Source: Octopus vulgaris (taxonomy: Eukaryota). Taken from it: 64,000 nucleotides of DNA. Both the position numbers and the translations under genes were made by a program. The stretch spans positions 38,564,001-38,628,000 of the forward strand of contig OX597819.1 of the NCBI GenBank assembly GCA_951406725.2, read 5' to 3'. Positions 40,640 through 54,134 of the stretch are shown here, in pieces. How positions within the stretch are numbered: the stretch's first letter is position 1; the number at the start of each line of letters is the position of its first letter. The notes under the pieces are model-generated. The model worked only from the letters and a program-made list of their open reading frames with translations. It did no database searches and was not told the DNA's origin.

Positions 40640-42310
40640 GTGTGTGTCCCTTCTTGTAACCTCTCCTGTCATTCCTTTTTTTTCAACCAGTTGCCATATT
40701 TGACCACTAAATCCACAAGTTGTTTATTCTCTCTCTGTTTATTTTCTTATTTTCTTTTCTGTTGAAGAGCATGGGCTCGAAATGTAAAAGACTTTCTCAC
40801 TTTCCTGAGCATCCAACTAATACACCTGCTTGTTCATATGCCTGTCTTCGTCTTTTGTTTTTCTGTAAATTTCAACTACATATATGTATGTGTGTGTGTG
40901 TGTGTGTGTGTATGTATATATAATCATATAGGAAGGTAGGGTAAATCCCAGCTGTTTCCTCTTGAAGTACATCTGCTCTTATCCCATTATCACAACCCAA
41001 TATGTGGCCACAGTTGCTGCTGTATGTTAATCAAAATACAGAGCTATTCATCTAAATGTTATATCTGTATTATAATGTTTTTCTGTCTGAAGACTTTCTA
41101 ATAGGAAATGCCTTACATGTCTATCTAACCTGTAAGTCTTTGTAATTCCTATTACAAAATTAGCAATTATTATCACCATGCTGGCATGGGTTAGATGGTT
41201 TGACAGGAACTGGTAAGCCAGAGGGCTGCACCAGGTTCCAATCTGATTATACATACATACATACAAACAAACAAAAATACCCTGTTGATGTTGAAATTCC
41301 AATGAAGGAGCCTTGGATCTAGGTTAAAAACTGGCTCTTTCTCTATTGGTAAGAAATCTTGAAATAAAACTGAACAATAACACACATACATAGATACATA
41401 CACGCACACATATATACACATACACAAATACATATGCATATGTATGTATATTCTTTATTCTTTCCTTTTTAGTCTTTTACTTATTTCAGTCATTTGACTG
41501 TGGCCATACTGGATGGTGGGGTGACAAACACATGCACACACACACACACATACATGTATATATACATATACGATGGGCTTCTTTCAGCTTCTGTCTACCA
41601 AATCCACTCACAAGGCTTTGGTCGACCCAAGGCTATAGTAGATGACACTTGCCCAAGGTGCCATGCAGTAGGACTGCAGCTGGAACCATGTGATTGGTAA
41701 GCAAGCTACTTACCACACAACCACTCCTGTGCCTATATATGTATATCATATGTATATATATATATATACATATATGGTTCAAATGTTCAGAAAATAAAAG
41801 ACAGACAGTGAGAGAACAACAAACAGGTGTATTAGTTTGCCTCTCAAGAAGAATGGAAAAGTCTTGGATCTTTCAAGCCAATGCTCTTTGGTAGAAAGGA
41901 GTGAGAGGAAAAAATAGAGAGAGAGAAAAAATATGTATATATGTATGCATATGTTAATATATATATGTACACAAGTGCAGCAGTATGGTTAAGGTGTTTG
42001 TTTCATGACCACATGGTTTTGGGTTTGGTCCCATTGCATAGTACCTTGGGTAAATTTCTTCTACTATAGCTTCATACCAACCACTACTTTGAAGACAAGT
42101 GTATGAACAACAAGCAGGTGTAGTAGTTTGATGGTCGGGAAAGTGAGAAAGTCTTTTACATTTCAAGCCTATGGTCTTCAACAGAAAGGAAAACGAGAAA
42201 ATAGAGAGAGAGAGAGAATAAAAAAAACTTGTGGATTTAGCAGTCAAGCATGGTGACTGGTTGGAAAAAAAAATGGTTTGACAGGAGAGGTTTCAAGAAG
42301 GGACACACAG
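40640..42310. repeat. Inverted pair of a ~215-bp repeat (40640-40855 / 42091-42310) with a hammerhead-like core; possible Penelope-type terminal fragment
   Basis: tttCTGTTGAagagcatgggctcGAAAtGTAaaag in the first arm and a close variant in the second. More diverged relatives at about 41780-41910 and 48310-48445. Confidence 0.7.
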
Positions 42311-42439
42311 ACAATGTATATCTAATTCTACATATATATATATATATATATACAACTAATGTGGGATAAAAGTAAAAAAAAAAAAAAAATTATCAATGGC
42401 CAGCATATCAAAAAATACCTTTAAAGGTTAAATTTATAA

Positions 42440-42618
42440 ATAACTTACAAAATAAGGGCAAAAGAAAAATTCTAATGACAAATATGCTGAAAAAGGACAA
42501 ATTGTCAACAACCACTATAATTTATGCGTCTCGAAACAAGCCGATAGAAATTTCTAAAAATTTGTCTTTTTTTGGCATATTTGGCATTAGAATTTTTCTT
42601 TTGCCTTATTTTATAAGT

Positions 42619-42620
<2 letters not shown>
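42440..42620. repeat. Local inverted repeat, about 63-bp arms
   Basis: taacttacaaaataagggcaaaagaaaaattctaatg / cattagaatttttcttttgccttattttataagtta. Confidence 0.9.
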
Positions 42621-42650
<30 letters not shown>

Positions 42651-43404
42651 GTATGTGTGTATGTTAATATTGTTTTAAGCCCCTGAACAATGTAAATTGG
42701 AAATAAAGAAAATGGCATGAAGGATTGAGCATACATATGGTGCTGTCCAGTTGCTCTCTTTGAAGAAATTCCTGTCTTAAAATTGTCAAACTGACAGCAA
42801 TGACATGTGTAAACTATTCAACTGTTCCATTAACAATATGGATATGTGCTTGAGGGCCTATTTAGTGTACCAAATAGTCTATAATAAATGTAGCAGTTCC
42901 TACATAAGAATCATTGCCTGCAGATTGCATATCTACACTAAAGAACATATCCACAATAACCTCAATTAAGAAATACCTGGAGAGATTCCACAACTAAAAT
43001 TATCAAAAAAAAAAACCCCCATAAAAAAACAGGATGTTAGTAATTGAGGATAAACTGAATTCATCAGATACCAATAGCTATCAATTTACATGTTGTGGAC
43101 TAGTTTTTACAATGCTACCTGTTTGTGCATGTCAACCTTCTTGCTCCCACATATCTGAACAAAAGACACATACACTTTACCAACAGGCATTTTTCTTTCG
43201 TTAAAGGGGTTTTTACATTAAAATATCTCAATATAAGGCAAAGTGTATTCTGTTGTTTTGTCTTCCTTACTTCTGTTTTCACTCCTTTACTTCCAAACTG
43301 TATTGTATTGGCTTTTAAAACTTTTCTAACAAGTCTCTCTCTGTTCCTCCTTCTTTTGCTTTTTATACATACATACATACATACAAATCTCTATCTATAT
43401 ATCT

Positions 43405-43936
43405 AGAAGGCAACCCACAACATGTGCTCTCTCTCTCTCTCTCATTCATCTACCTCATCTACCAGCTATATAATCCCGTGCACAGATAAGTTTGAATGCC
43501 TATTTTCACTCCTAGACTGATCATACATGTTTCTCTATCTATCTAACTATTTTATCTGATTTCTATCTATTTTGTCTGATTTGTTCATTTCTCCTCTCGT
43601 CTATGATCGACCTTCGATTCGCCATCTTGAAACCTGTTTCCTTTAATACACTTCCGCCTTCTCCAAAAATCCCTCTTCCGGACAACTTTTTACTTAGAAG
43701 GCAACCCACAACATGTGCTCTCTCTCTCTCTCATTCATCTACCTCATCTACCAGCTATATAATCCCGTGCACAGATAAGTTTGAATGCCTATTTTCACTC
43801 CTAGACTGATCATACATGTTTCTCTATCTATCTAACTATTTTATCTGATTTCTATCTATTTTGTCTGATTTGTTCATTTATCCTCTCGTCTATGATCGAC
43901 CTTCGTGTTTCTCCTCTCGTCTATGATCGACCTTCG
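43405..43936 (+). repeat. Recent direct duplication of about 210 bp (43405-43616 / 43696-43905) plus a third short terminal copy
   Basis: Near-identical agaaggcaacccacaacatgtgc...ctcgtctatgatcgaccttcg. Confidence 0.95.
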
Positions 43937-44194
43937 TGTATCGCGGTGCACCCGCCCTGCCCACCCCCACCACCAATACCGGATATCTCTATTTTTGCTC
44001 CATCTATACCGGATGTCGCTTCTCCCACCACCATTATAGGTGTCTACTCTTCGAACCCCCTCTTCAATACGCTATTTCACCATGCATTACCCCTCTCTTG
44101 ATATCCCATGTTCTACTTGCCTACAACCTGTCATCATTTCTCTGAACCACCCCTCCCCACTGGTGCTCCCCTATATTCCTGCACCCCCCCCCCA

Positions 44195-44438
44195 CATAAA
44201 AAGCACCATCCGAACGTGGCCGATGCCAGACCCCTCTGGCACCTGTGCAGGTGGCACGTAAAAAGCACCCACTACACTCGTGGAGTGGTTGGCCTTAGGA
44301 AAGGCATCCAGCTGTAGAAACACTGCCAGACCAGACTGGAGCCTGGGGCAGTCCCTAGCTCCCCAGACCCCGGTCGAAACCGTCCAACCCGTGCTAGCGC
44401 GGAAAACGGACGTTAAACGATGATGATGATGATGATGA
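44195..44438 (+). mobile_element. SINE-B, CpG-intact copy
   Basis: aaaagcaccc actacactcg...cggaaaacggacgttaaacgatgatgatg. Confidence 0.88.
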
Positions 44439-44488
44439 TAGATATAGATTGATATATATATATAAATCTTTATCTATCTATCTATCTA

Positions 44489-44535
<47 letters not shown>

Positions 44536-44544
44536 ATCTATCTA

Positions 44545-44600
<56 letters not shown>

Positions 44601-44741
44601 TCTATCTATCTATCTATCTATCTATATATATATATATATATATATAAATCTATATCTATCTATCTATCTATCTATATATATATAAATCTATATCTATCTA
44701 TCTATCTATCAATCTATTTATCTATTTATCAATCTATCTAT

Positions 44742-44853
<112 letters not shown>

Positions 44854-46351
44854 ATTTGCAAATGTGTGTATGCACATGTACATATGCATGCCTCTGTGTG
44901 TATGTAAAAAACATTTTAAATTCATGAACATTTATAAAATATCATAAATAAAATTATATTTATATATCCATAAATAAAATATAGCGTAGAATAATAAAAT
45001 ATGCTTATTTGATGGCATAAAAAATGCATGGACACATTAGATGCATTCCAATATTAGCAACATGTATTCAGAAAATCAGAAAACTATTTTAGCGCATGAA
45101 AGCATGTAATATAGGCCCTGAGACATATTTTGGGAAAAAAGTGCATCTTATATGCAATGAAATGCATAACTGTTGGAATATCAGAATACTTTAAACAGGT
45201 ATAGCTGTGTAGGTGCAAGTGTTTAGCTGTGTAGGTGCAGGTAAGGCTGTGTGATAAGAAGTTTGATTCTCAACAACACAGTTCCAGGTTCAATCTCACT
45301 GCACGACACTTCAAGCAATTGTCTTCTACTATAGCACTGGGCCGACCAAAGCCTTGTGAGTAGATTTAGTAGATGGAGACTAAACATGTGTGTGTGTATG
45401 CGTGTTTGTATTTGTGTCCCCTTCTCACCACTTGACAGCTAATATTGGTGGCGAACTGGCAGAATTGTTAGCATGCTGGGAAAAATGCTTAGCAGTATTT
45501 CGTCTGCTGTTACGTTCTGAGTTCAAATTCTGCTGAGGTCGACTTTGCCTTTCATCCTTTCAGTGTCAATTAAATAAGTACCATTTATGCACTGGGGTCA
45601 ATGTAATCGACTTAATCCCTGTGAGCAATAAATAAATATTGGTGGGTTTAAGTCTGTGTTGTTGTAAGGCAAAAAGAGACCAATAGAGTAAGTACCAAGA
45701 TTAACAATACATGTAGTGTGTGTATATATATATATATATATATAGGTGTGTGTATACATACACACACACACTTATATATATACACAAGCACACACACATA
45801 CATATATACATACACACATGTGTGCATGTGTGTGTGTATACACATACATATGCATGCATTGGTTTGGGCCCTCAAGCCCTTGATTGGGATATAGTAGATT
45901 GGTTGTGACCAATTTTAGACCTAGTGTAGTCCATTCCATTCCAGATGTGACTGCAACCTATTTTCCCCCAGAAGAAAGAAATGATAAAATGATAAAGAGA
46001 TAAGAAGAAAGAGAAGAATCAATCTCAATACAGGACTCATACTTTATTTTATGGTGTTGAAGGATAAAAAGCAAAGTCAACCTCTGCAGGATTTGAACTC
46101 AGTCTGCAGAGAGCCAGAACAATTACAACAAATTAATTTATCCAATCCCAATATGATCATGTCAGCTGGTTGCCCATCACACACACACAAACACAACACA
46201 ACACAACAGAGTGGACCCTTGCTTAAACAAGAAAAGGTGAAAGTAAGGAGAGTGTAGCTACATTGCTGATAGCCTGTTAAATGAAAAATAACATTTGGGC
46301 TATTTTTTATTGAAGTAATATTAATATAAAGTTTTAATACAATACATAAGA

Positions 46352-46558
46352 TGTCTATAGATTATCTTTACAATTTGAAAAGTTCAGAGAAGTAAAAAAA
46401 ATACTAACTCAACAGAGTTTATTGGAAAACATAGGCAAACAGATGATAAAGTATTGTTAGAAACATCAGAACACTTCAACATAAGTTTCATACACCCAGT
46501 TGAGTTATCCTTTTTTCTTTTCAGAATTTTTCAAATTGTAAATGTAATTTATAGACAC
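46352..46558. repeat. Diverged local inverted repeat
   Basis: tgtctatagattatctttacaatttgaaaagttc...taactcaac / gttgagtta...ttttcaaattgtaaatgtaatttatagaca. Confidence 0.85.
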
Positions 46559-46886
46559 ACTGTAATTTGTGCATGATATAAAATTATTAAATTATAATGG
46601 AAATTAAATTTTTGCTTCTGTGTTTTGTGTGTTGATTCCATATTTGGCCATATGCAGCCCAAATATTCTATATGTTCTATGTTCAAATCGGCTAGATTAG
46701 GCCCTCTCACACCTACACTACAATGTAATTCTAAAAATGAATAATCATGTCATCAAAGCCTTGAAGTTATGCATTAATACATGATTAGTTCAAAACAATG
46801 TGAATAAATAAACATTAGATTTAGCAGAGAAATCTGAATGCTAAACGGTTAAATTCAGAATCTGTGAATGTGTGCATGGGTGTATC

Positions 46887-47390
46887 TTATGTATACTGTT
46901 TATATTCGTCAGACTGGTGTCCTCATCTTGATTATTGCTTTCACTATGTTTCAGCTGTTGTATGCTCCAGCCCTTTTCATGTATCTTGCGTTGAACTCAG
47001 TTGTTGCACTGAAATTTCAAACCTAATCTAACCATTTATTTAGTCCAAGTCAAGTACACTATTCTCATTCTGCTCACTGTGTTTTGTAATGCTGGTTTAT
47101 GCACTGCAGTTACCTAGAGGTTTTGAGTTCAATCTCAGGCAAGGCAATAAGGTAATTCACAAAAAAAAAAAAACAGCTGAAGCAAAAAATGTTCCAAAAA
47201 ATCAGAGACTGGAAAGAGAACAGTGTACAACCATGGATCAAATAGATGGTTAAATTCGAAATTCTGACACAACAACAGAATTAAACACAAGACATCTGAT
47301 AAAGGCTAGAGCATACAACAGCTAAATCATAGTGAAAGCAACAATCAAGATAGGACGTAAGTTCAGTTAAGATAAACAGTGTGCATAACA
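46887..47390. repeat. Diverged inverted repeat, about 145-bp arms, with a degenerate hammerhead-like core
   Basis: Arms 46887-47035 / 47246-47390. Combining the two arms suggests an ancestral ctgat(g)aaggctg...cagc(c)gaaac. Confidence 0.8.
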
Positions 47391-47494
47391 TAAATTCCTC
47401 ATTTCAGAAATATAGAATTGTGCATGTATTTCTTAGTTCACATGTTTGCCCATTTAATGTCAGTTTTTCCATGTTAGAATGGGTTAGACATGAA

Positions 47495-47890
47495 GGTGGA
47501 GAGCTGGCAAAATCGTTAGAATGCCGGGCGAAATGCTTAGTAGTATTTTATCTGCCGTTACATTCTGAGTTCAAATTCCACTGAGGTCAACTTTGCCTTT
47601 CATCCTTTCGAGGTCGATAAATTAAGTACCAGTTGAGTACTGGGGTCGATGTAATTGACTTAATCCCTTTGTCTGTCTTTGATTGTCCCCTCTGTGTATA
47701 GCCCCTTCTGGGCAGTAAAGGAATGGGTATTTCGTCTGCCATTACGTTCTGAGTTCAAATTTCGCCAAGGCTGACTTTGCCTTTCATCCTTTTTGGGGTC
47801 GATAAATTAAGTACCAATTACAACTTAATTCCCTTGTTGGTCCTTGTTTGTCCCCTCTATGTTTAGCTCCTTGTGGGCAATAAAGAAATA
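47495..47890 (+). mobile_element. Two tandem SINE-A copies with the alternative (ccccttgtggg.a.taaagaaat) tail
   Basis: gagctggcaaaatcgttag...gagttcaaattcc...gcctttcatcctttcgaggtcgataaattaagtacc. Confidence 0.9.
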
Positions 47891-48465
47891 AGAATGGGTT
47901 AGATATGAATTATGTGAGGCAGGATTTTACAGGTGGATGCTCTTCCTGCCACTAACCTTTACCTGCTTTGCAATTAAGAGATTCTTTTTTATTTATTTTA
48001 GTGGTCTTTGAAAGCACAGATTGATTAGTCATAATATCAATAATAAATGTCAACATTATCGCCATTTAACATGAGTGGTAGCAGGAATGCAATATCAACA
48101 CTTGCTTATACTCAGGCATACAGACACACACACACACACACCTACCAGATTCACTCACAAGGTATAGTAGAAGAAATTTATCCAAGCTACTGTGCAATGG
48201 GACCAAACCCAAAACCATGTGGACATGAAGCAAACACCTTAACCATACTGCTGCAATTGTGTACATATGTATAAAGATATGCATGCATATATATGTACAT
48301 ACATATTTTCTCTCTCACCCCTTTCTTCTGAAGAGCATTGGCTTGAAAGATCCAAAACGTTTTCATTATTCCTGGGAGTCAAACTAATACACCTGCTTGT
48401 TGTTCTCTCACAGTCTCTGTCTTTTATTTTCTCTACATTTGAACCATACACACACACGTGTGTGT

Positions 48466-48519
<54 letters not shown>

Positions 48520-48550
48520 TGTATATATATATATTGTGTGTGTGTGTGTT

Positions 48551-48598
<48 letters not shown>

Positions 48599-48657
48599 CA
48601 TATATATATATATATATGCATGTATATATATATATGTGTGTGTGTGTGTATATATGT

Positions 48658-48700
<43 letters not shown>

Positions 48701-48711
48701 ATGTATGCATG

Positions 48712-48744
<33 letters not shown>

Positions 48745-48965
48745 TATATATAATATAGATATATACATATTTGTGTATGTATATATGTGTGTGTGTATGT
48801 GTGTGTATATGTCTGTATGTATGTATGTCATTGTTCAGTTTTAATTCAAGATTTCTTGCCAATAGAGAAAGAGCCGGTTTCTAACCTAGATCCAAGACTC
48901 CTTTATTGGAATTTCAACACCAACAAGAGTATTTTTGTTTGTTTGTTTGTTTGTATGCATGCATA

Positions 48966-49782
48966 CAGTTGCATGAAATATTTACAATACATGTGACAAA
49001 TCAATATTGGTATATTGGAGTGAAATCGTTACTTTTATCTGTTTAGCAATCATCATCATCATGCTGGCATGGATTAGACAGTCTGACTGTATGTATGTAG
49101 GTGCAGATTTGTATATTTTATGTATGTATTCTCATGCATATAGCTGCATATTTTATGTATGTATGTATCCATCCAAAAAATGGAACAAGAATGCAACAGA
49201 TGATAATAAAACATCCGGACAGATAGATGATACAAAGATGGACAGGAAAAAACAAGGATGGGTCATTAGTGGCCTTCTCTCCTCAGTCAAGTTTCCAGAT
49301 TATCCTTACAGTTTAGGTCAGTTACACTTGAGACTGTTCAAATCTGGCTGGCCCCAAAAATCTAAGCTAAGAGCATTAAAGATTTTGGGAGAAAGTAAGC
49401 GAATGTGTACAACAACAAAGACAAAAATAAACAGGGAAAATATAAAAAACTGAGAAAATGTTACACAATTACAAATACAAGCAACAAGAAAATAACAACA
49501 GGTGTCTTTCGACTAATAGAGACAAATCAAGTTGAGCTGGCATGTGTAGAGTGAAAGCCTTGAGGCAGGAACATAGAAGATGAACCAGACAGCAACTGGG
49601 TGCAGCCATCTGGTTTATCAGTTCCAGTCAGACTGTCTAATCCATGCCAGCATGATGATGATGATTGCTAATTTTGTGGCATAAACAGATAAAAGTAATA
49701 ATTTCACTCCAATATACCAGTATTAGAAGCATACCAGGTCTGATTGATTTGTCACATGTATTGTAAATATTTCATGCAGCTG
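48966..49782. repeat. Young inverted repeat (48966-49089 / 49625-49782)
   Basis: Few substitutions. The left arm lacks two short segments present in the right arm. Confidence 0.9.
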
Positions 49783-50523
49783 ACTTTGTGGCCTCTTGTG
49801 TAATCAACTGCGAATTGGAAAATGTGTGAGAGGGAGGTTGATAGTGATTGCAACTTACATTTTTTCTTTTCTTACTTTGCAATCTAATAATGAATACAGT
49901 TGAGCATAATGTTCAATGCATACAAAGTTGAGGTCTGAATAGGTAATCTTGTTTATCTTACATTTGTAAATATACACCCTCTCTATATGTAAATGTGTAA
50001 ACACATACATACATCTTTCTGTTTGTCTCTCTCTCTCTCTAAATATATATGTGGGTAAGTGTGTGTGTATGTATGCATGTAAACTATATATATATATGTA
50101 AACTATATATATATATATATATATATCATCATCATCATCGTTTAATGTCCGTTTTCCATGCTTGCATGGGTTGGACAGTTCAACTGGGGTCTGGGAATAT
50201 CCAATATAGGTAGAAGCAATGAAAAAAGTACTCAATCCAGTGAGAGATAAATATCAATTTAATACAGAACTGAGAGGATCATTTTTTATTTTTTATTTTT
50301 AAATATATATAATGCAAAAAGAGAGCCTGAGAGATTGCTTGGAAATACATGGCATATTTAAAAATACACCCTGTTAAAGTATCATAAAAGCATGAAACTA
50401 TTAGTAGCTCCTGTGGTTGTGTATTAAATTGATATATTTATGTTAAATTTATATATATGTGAAAAAATTTTCTCAATTCATACATACCTACATACACACA
50501 CATATATATATATATGTGAAACA

Positions 50524-51179
50524 TAAAAAATCAGGAGGTATGAGAAGTGAATATATTCACTTGAACTCCTTAGATTACAGTTGTTTCACAGCCTCTCTCA
50601 TATAGTAAGAATTTCAGAGTGAAAGAAATTATGTTTACATGTATGCCCTGCTTTATATAATGCAATTATATATTCACAAATCAAAACAAATAAAGAAAGT
50701 TAACTCTGTGAGGTGAATCGTTGGTGTATCCATGATGTTCTGATGAGCTAGCTTTTTTTTTTTTGTGTTAACATTAAGGGTGGTCAATTCCCTGAATTTT
50801 TACCTAACATCTTAATCAATATGAACCAACATATTTTTATTTTTACTGACGAAACCAAGCTAATTTTATCTAGTTTTGGTCTTCCACATATTGTATACAT
50901 AAAGAGATTTTGTATGTATACTTATGAATTGAATCATTGGTGTAACCAGGATGTTCTGGTGATCTGATGAGCTAGCTTTCTTTACTTGCATTGATTTGTG
51001 AATATACAATAGTATTGTATAATGCATAGCATGAATATTAATGCAAACATGTAAATATACTTTTATTCTACACTGAAATCCTTATAACATGAAGAAGACT
51101 GTGAAAAAAGTCAAAATCCAAAGGCTGTCAAGTGGTTAAATAAATGTATATTCACCTCCCATACCTCTTGACTTTTTAT
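50524..51179. repeat. Diverged inverted repeat, about 160-190-bp arms
   Basis: ataaaaaatcaggaggtatgagaagtgaatata...tattcacaaatcaa / ttgatttgtgaata...tatattcacctcccatacctcttgactttttat. Confidence 0.8.
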
Positions 51180-51699
51180 CCTTTATATACTCCTCATAAA
51201 AGATCAGATATTCTGGATTTCTGTAGCACGAACACTCTGCATTACACTTCTCTATGTTGGATTACTATGTAGTCTGTTAACCAAGTTCGTTAGAGGAGCT
51301 TTCTGTGATAGCCACACAATTCTCTGAATCCAAATCTTATTTATAAATAATTGGAATAAATTATGTACACATTTATTCCAGATCTTTGTGCTCTGGGTTC
51401 ACATATTGCAAAGGTCAACTTTGCCTTCTCTCTCCCTGGGTTCAATAAAATAAATACACCTGTCAAGTATTGGGGTTGATGCAACCAACTATCCTATTCT
51501 CCTGATTTCAGACGTTGTACCTTTGTTAGAAGCAATTATTATTATTGAAATGTAACATGTCTTGAATGGTACAACAATGCAGAGTGGACTATAATAACTG
51601 TTATAAATAATTTAATTATACACAGTCTAATATAATATTTCAGAATACAAAAATTCCTTCTTCAGATATTGCTAGGAAGTAATGGAGTTACATTTACCC

Positions 51700-53200
51700 G
51701 TTGGCATAAATCTATAACACAGATGGGGCAGTTAGCTAGTGTGCATTGATTGCTGTCCCTTGCTCATTTCTTTGGGAGGTGTCTTCTCAGAGAGGGGCTG
51801 GGGCGGGCAAGTTGTATGTCTAATCCTTCTCTTCTTATGGCTCTTCAGATGGCTGTAGCTATCTTCTCATTAAAATGGGGTATTTTAAGGAAGCATGTGT
51901 TGTTGGGTTTTCTGCATTTGGCGTGTTTGTTGTCTTGGGTACTTAAGCTGATTCACAATGGATATAGGGTACTTGTTGGTTTACAATACCTCTAGTAAGC
52001 ATGTAGTGTGGATCACATTGTCCTCTGTCCAACTGTACTTACTATGGATGCATGTAAGTTCATGTCTGGCTAATCCTATTTTGGCACCGAGTGGAAGGGC
52101 TGAATTGTAGTGAGCAAATATATCTCTACTGGTTGCTTTCCTGTAGAACTTAGTGTGGATCTCTCCTTCTTTCGTTATTTTCAGTTGAAGTCAAGCAGTG
52201 ATAGGGATTTAGTGTTGTTGGGATGTTCTATAGTGAATCATATATTCATGTCAATGTTGTTGAACATCGTGAATATTCTTATTTCTTTACTGCCCACAAG
52301 GGGCTAAACACAGAGGAGACAAACAAGGAGAGACAGACGGATTAAGTCGATTATATCGACCCCAGTGTGTAACTGGTACTTAATTTATCAACCCCGAAAA
52401 GATGAAAGGCAAAGTCGACCTCAGTGGAATTTGAATTCAGAACGTAATGGCAGACGAAATACCGCTAAACATTTTGCCTGGCATGCTAACGATTCTGCCA
52501 GCTTGCTGCCTTATTGTGAATATTCTGTTAGCCTCTTCACGGGAGTATGTGAGTATGAGGATGTCATCTACGTACCTGGCAAAGAAGGCACATGAGCAAC
52601 AGATGTTGAGTGCTCAATGTTCCAGATGGTTCATATAGGTGATGGCCAGTAGGCTCGAGAGACTGGATCCCATGGGGAGACCTGTTGTCTGCTTGTAGGT
52701 GTGATCATGGAAAGAAAAGTAGGTGTTGTCCACGATGATGGACAATAGTTGATGTATATCAGCTGTAGTAAGTCTGAAGCAGTGGATGTCAGACCCTACT
52801 ATGCAATCAGTCAATAGGTTGACCGCCAAGTGTGCTGGTACCGTTGTGTACATAGAAACAACATCAAGACTAAAGGCATATCTGTTTTGCCTGAGTTGGT
52901 CTGGGGGCAGTTGGTGCAGTCATTTGATGACTTTGTCAGAGTTCTTGACATGTTCAAGAAAGGTGGAGAGTATGGGGTTCAGGATGTGGGAGAGGAGCCG
53001 GGATATTTTATACAGAGGTACTTCCATGCTGGAGACAATGGGTCTAATCTGGATCATGTTACTATCCTTGTTTGTTTTAATGAGGTGGTAGAATCTGGGT
53101 AATCTACTGTTCTTTGTGATGAAGTTATTCTTGTATTTGTTATGTATTTTGCTGGGTGTGATGGAGAGTGTCAGTTGTCCACAGCCAGCAGACTAAGGTG
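51700..53200 (-). mobile_element. Decayed Penelope-like element reverse transcriptase region
   Basis: SLDVVSMYTTVP...NTYFSFHDHTYKQTTGLPMGSSLSSLLAITYM...FARYVDDILIL; interrupted by a SINE. Confidence 0.9.
52280..52512 (-). mobile_element. SINE-A (alternative tail) inserted in the Penelope RT with a TSD
   Basis: gtgaatattct is duplicated at about 52269 and 52516. Confidence 0.9.
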
Positions 53201-53215
53201 ACGCTTGTTTACTGG

Positions 53216-53640
53216 TCATACTTCAAGAACCCTACGAAGAATTCTTGCAGTTCCAGGCAATGTTGGTTTTAGCAGGTGTTCTATCTTTACATTTGTACCA
53301 ATCATTTTGAGCCATGTTGGTAGTTGAGTGCTGATAATTTCAAGTGCACCAATTACTATTGGTATCACGTCTACTCTCCTCATTGACCAGAACCTTCGTA
53401 TTTTCCACTCCAAATCGTCATAGTTGTTTATTTTCCTTCTTCTTTCACATTGATCATGTTGTCACCGGGGCATGCTATGTCGATTATCATACATATTCTC
53501 TCTTTTTTATTCACCACAACAATGTCCGGTTTCTGAAGTCTGGTCAGGTGATCACACTGGATCATTGCATCCCACAGAATTTTGCAATTCTCATTTTCGG
53601 TGAATCTTGTAGTTTGCTCATCCCTTCTCTGGTCAGGTGA
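53216..53640 (-). mobile_element. R4/Dong-like LINE C-terminus (restriction-like endonuclease)
   Basis: ENENCKILWDAMIQCDH...KPDIVVVNKKERICMIIDIACPGD...K / IRRFWSMRRVDVIPIVIGAL carries the PD..D RLE motif; frameshifted. Confidence 0.85.
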
Positions 53641-54134
53641 TTGTACTGAATCATTGCCTCCATTGTAGAATGATGTAGTGGAGGGCAGAATCAATGTAGA
53701 ACTAGACAAAATGTAGTGCAATATTTATTTATGACTCTTTACATTTAGAGTTGAAATCTCATTGAGTTTGATTTCATCATTCATCATTCAAAGGAATTTG
53801 TAAGAAAGCAACCAATTATTGTTGTTTAGTCTCAGTTCACCATTAATAAAGCAGAAACTTTGATCAAAGTCATTCCAGTTGTGATCATCCTGTATTGCTT
53901 CTTTCAGGCATAGGGTATCTGGGACTACATTAGACCACATGCCCTTTCTTTTTTTAAGTTGATAAGATATGATTTTAAGGTTGTTGAATAACCAAGTCGA
54001 GGGTCCCTTGTCATTTTGAATAAGAACCAGCTACATAATGAGGCTGACTCAGACAATAATAGGCTTTCCTCAAACATTTTTAACCTTCTGCAATTATCGG
54101 CATTCATCACCATTAATATTTTATGCTGTTTTAA

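Noticed and set aside
49007-49453. 148-aa ORF
   Set aside because: Non-ATG start, spans an inverted-repeat arm and simple repeats, and has no recognisable domain.
50735-50980. Two ctgatgagctagc motifs (also ctgatgagggc at about 6400) as hammerheads
   Set aside because: No correctly placed stem II-GAAA follows; fragments at best.
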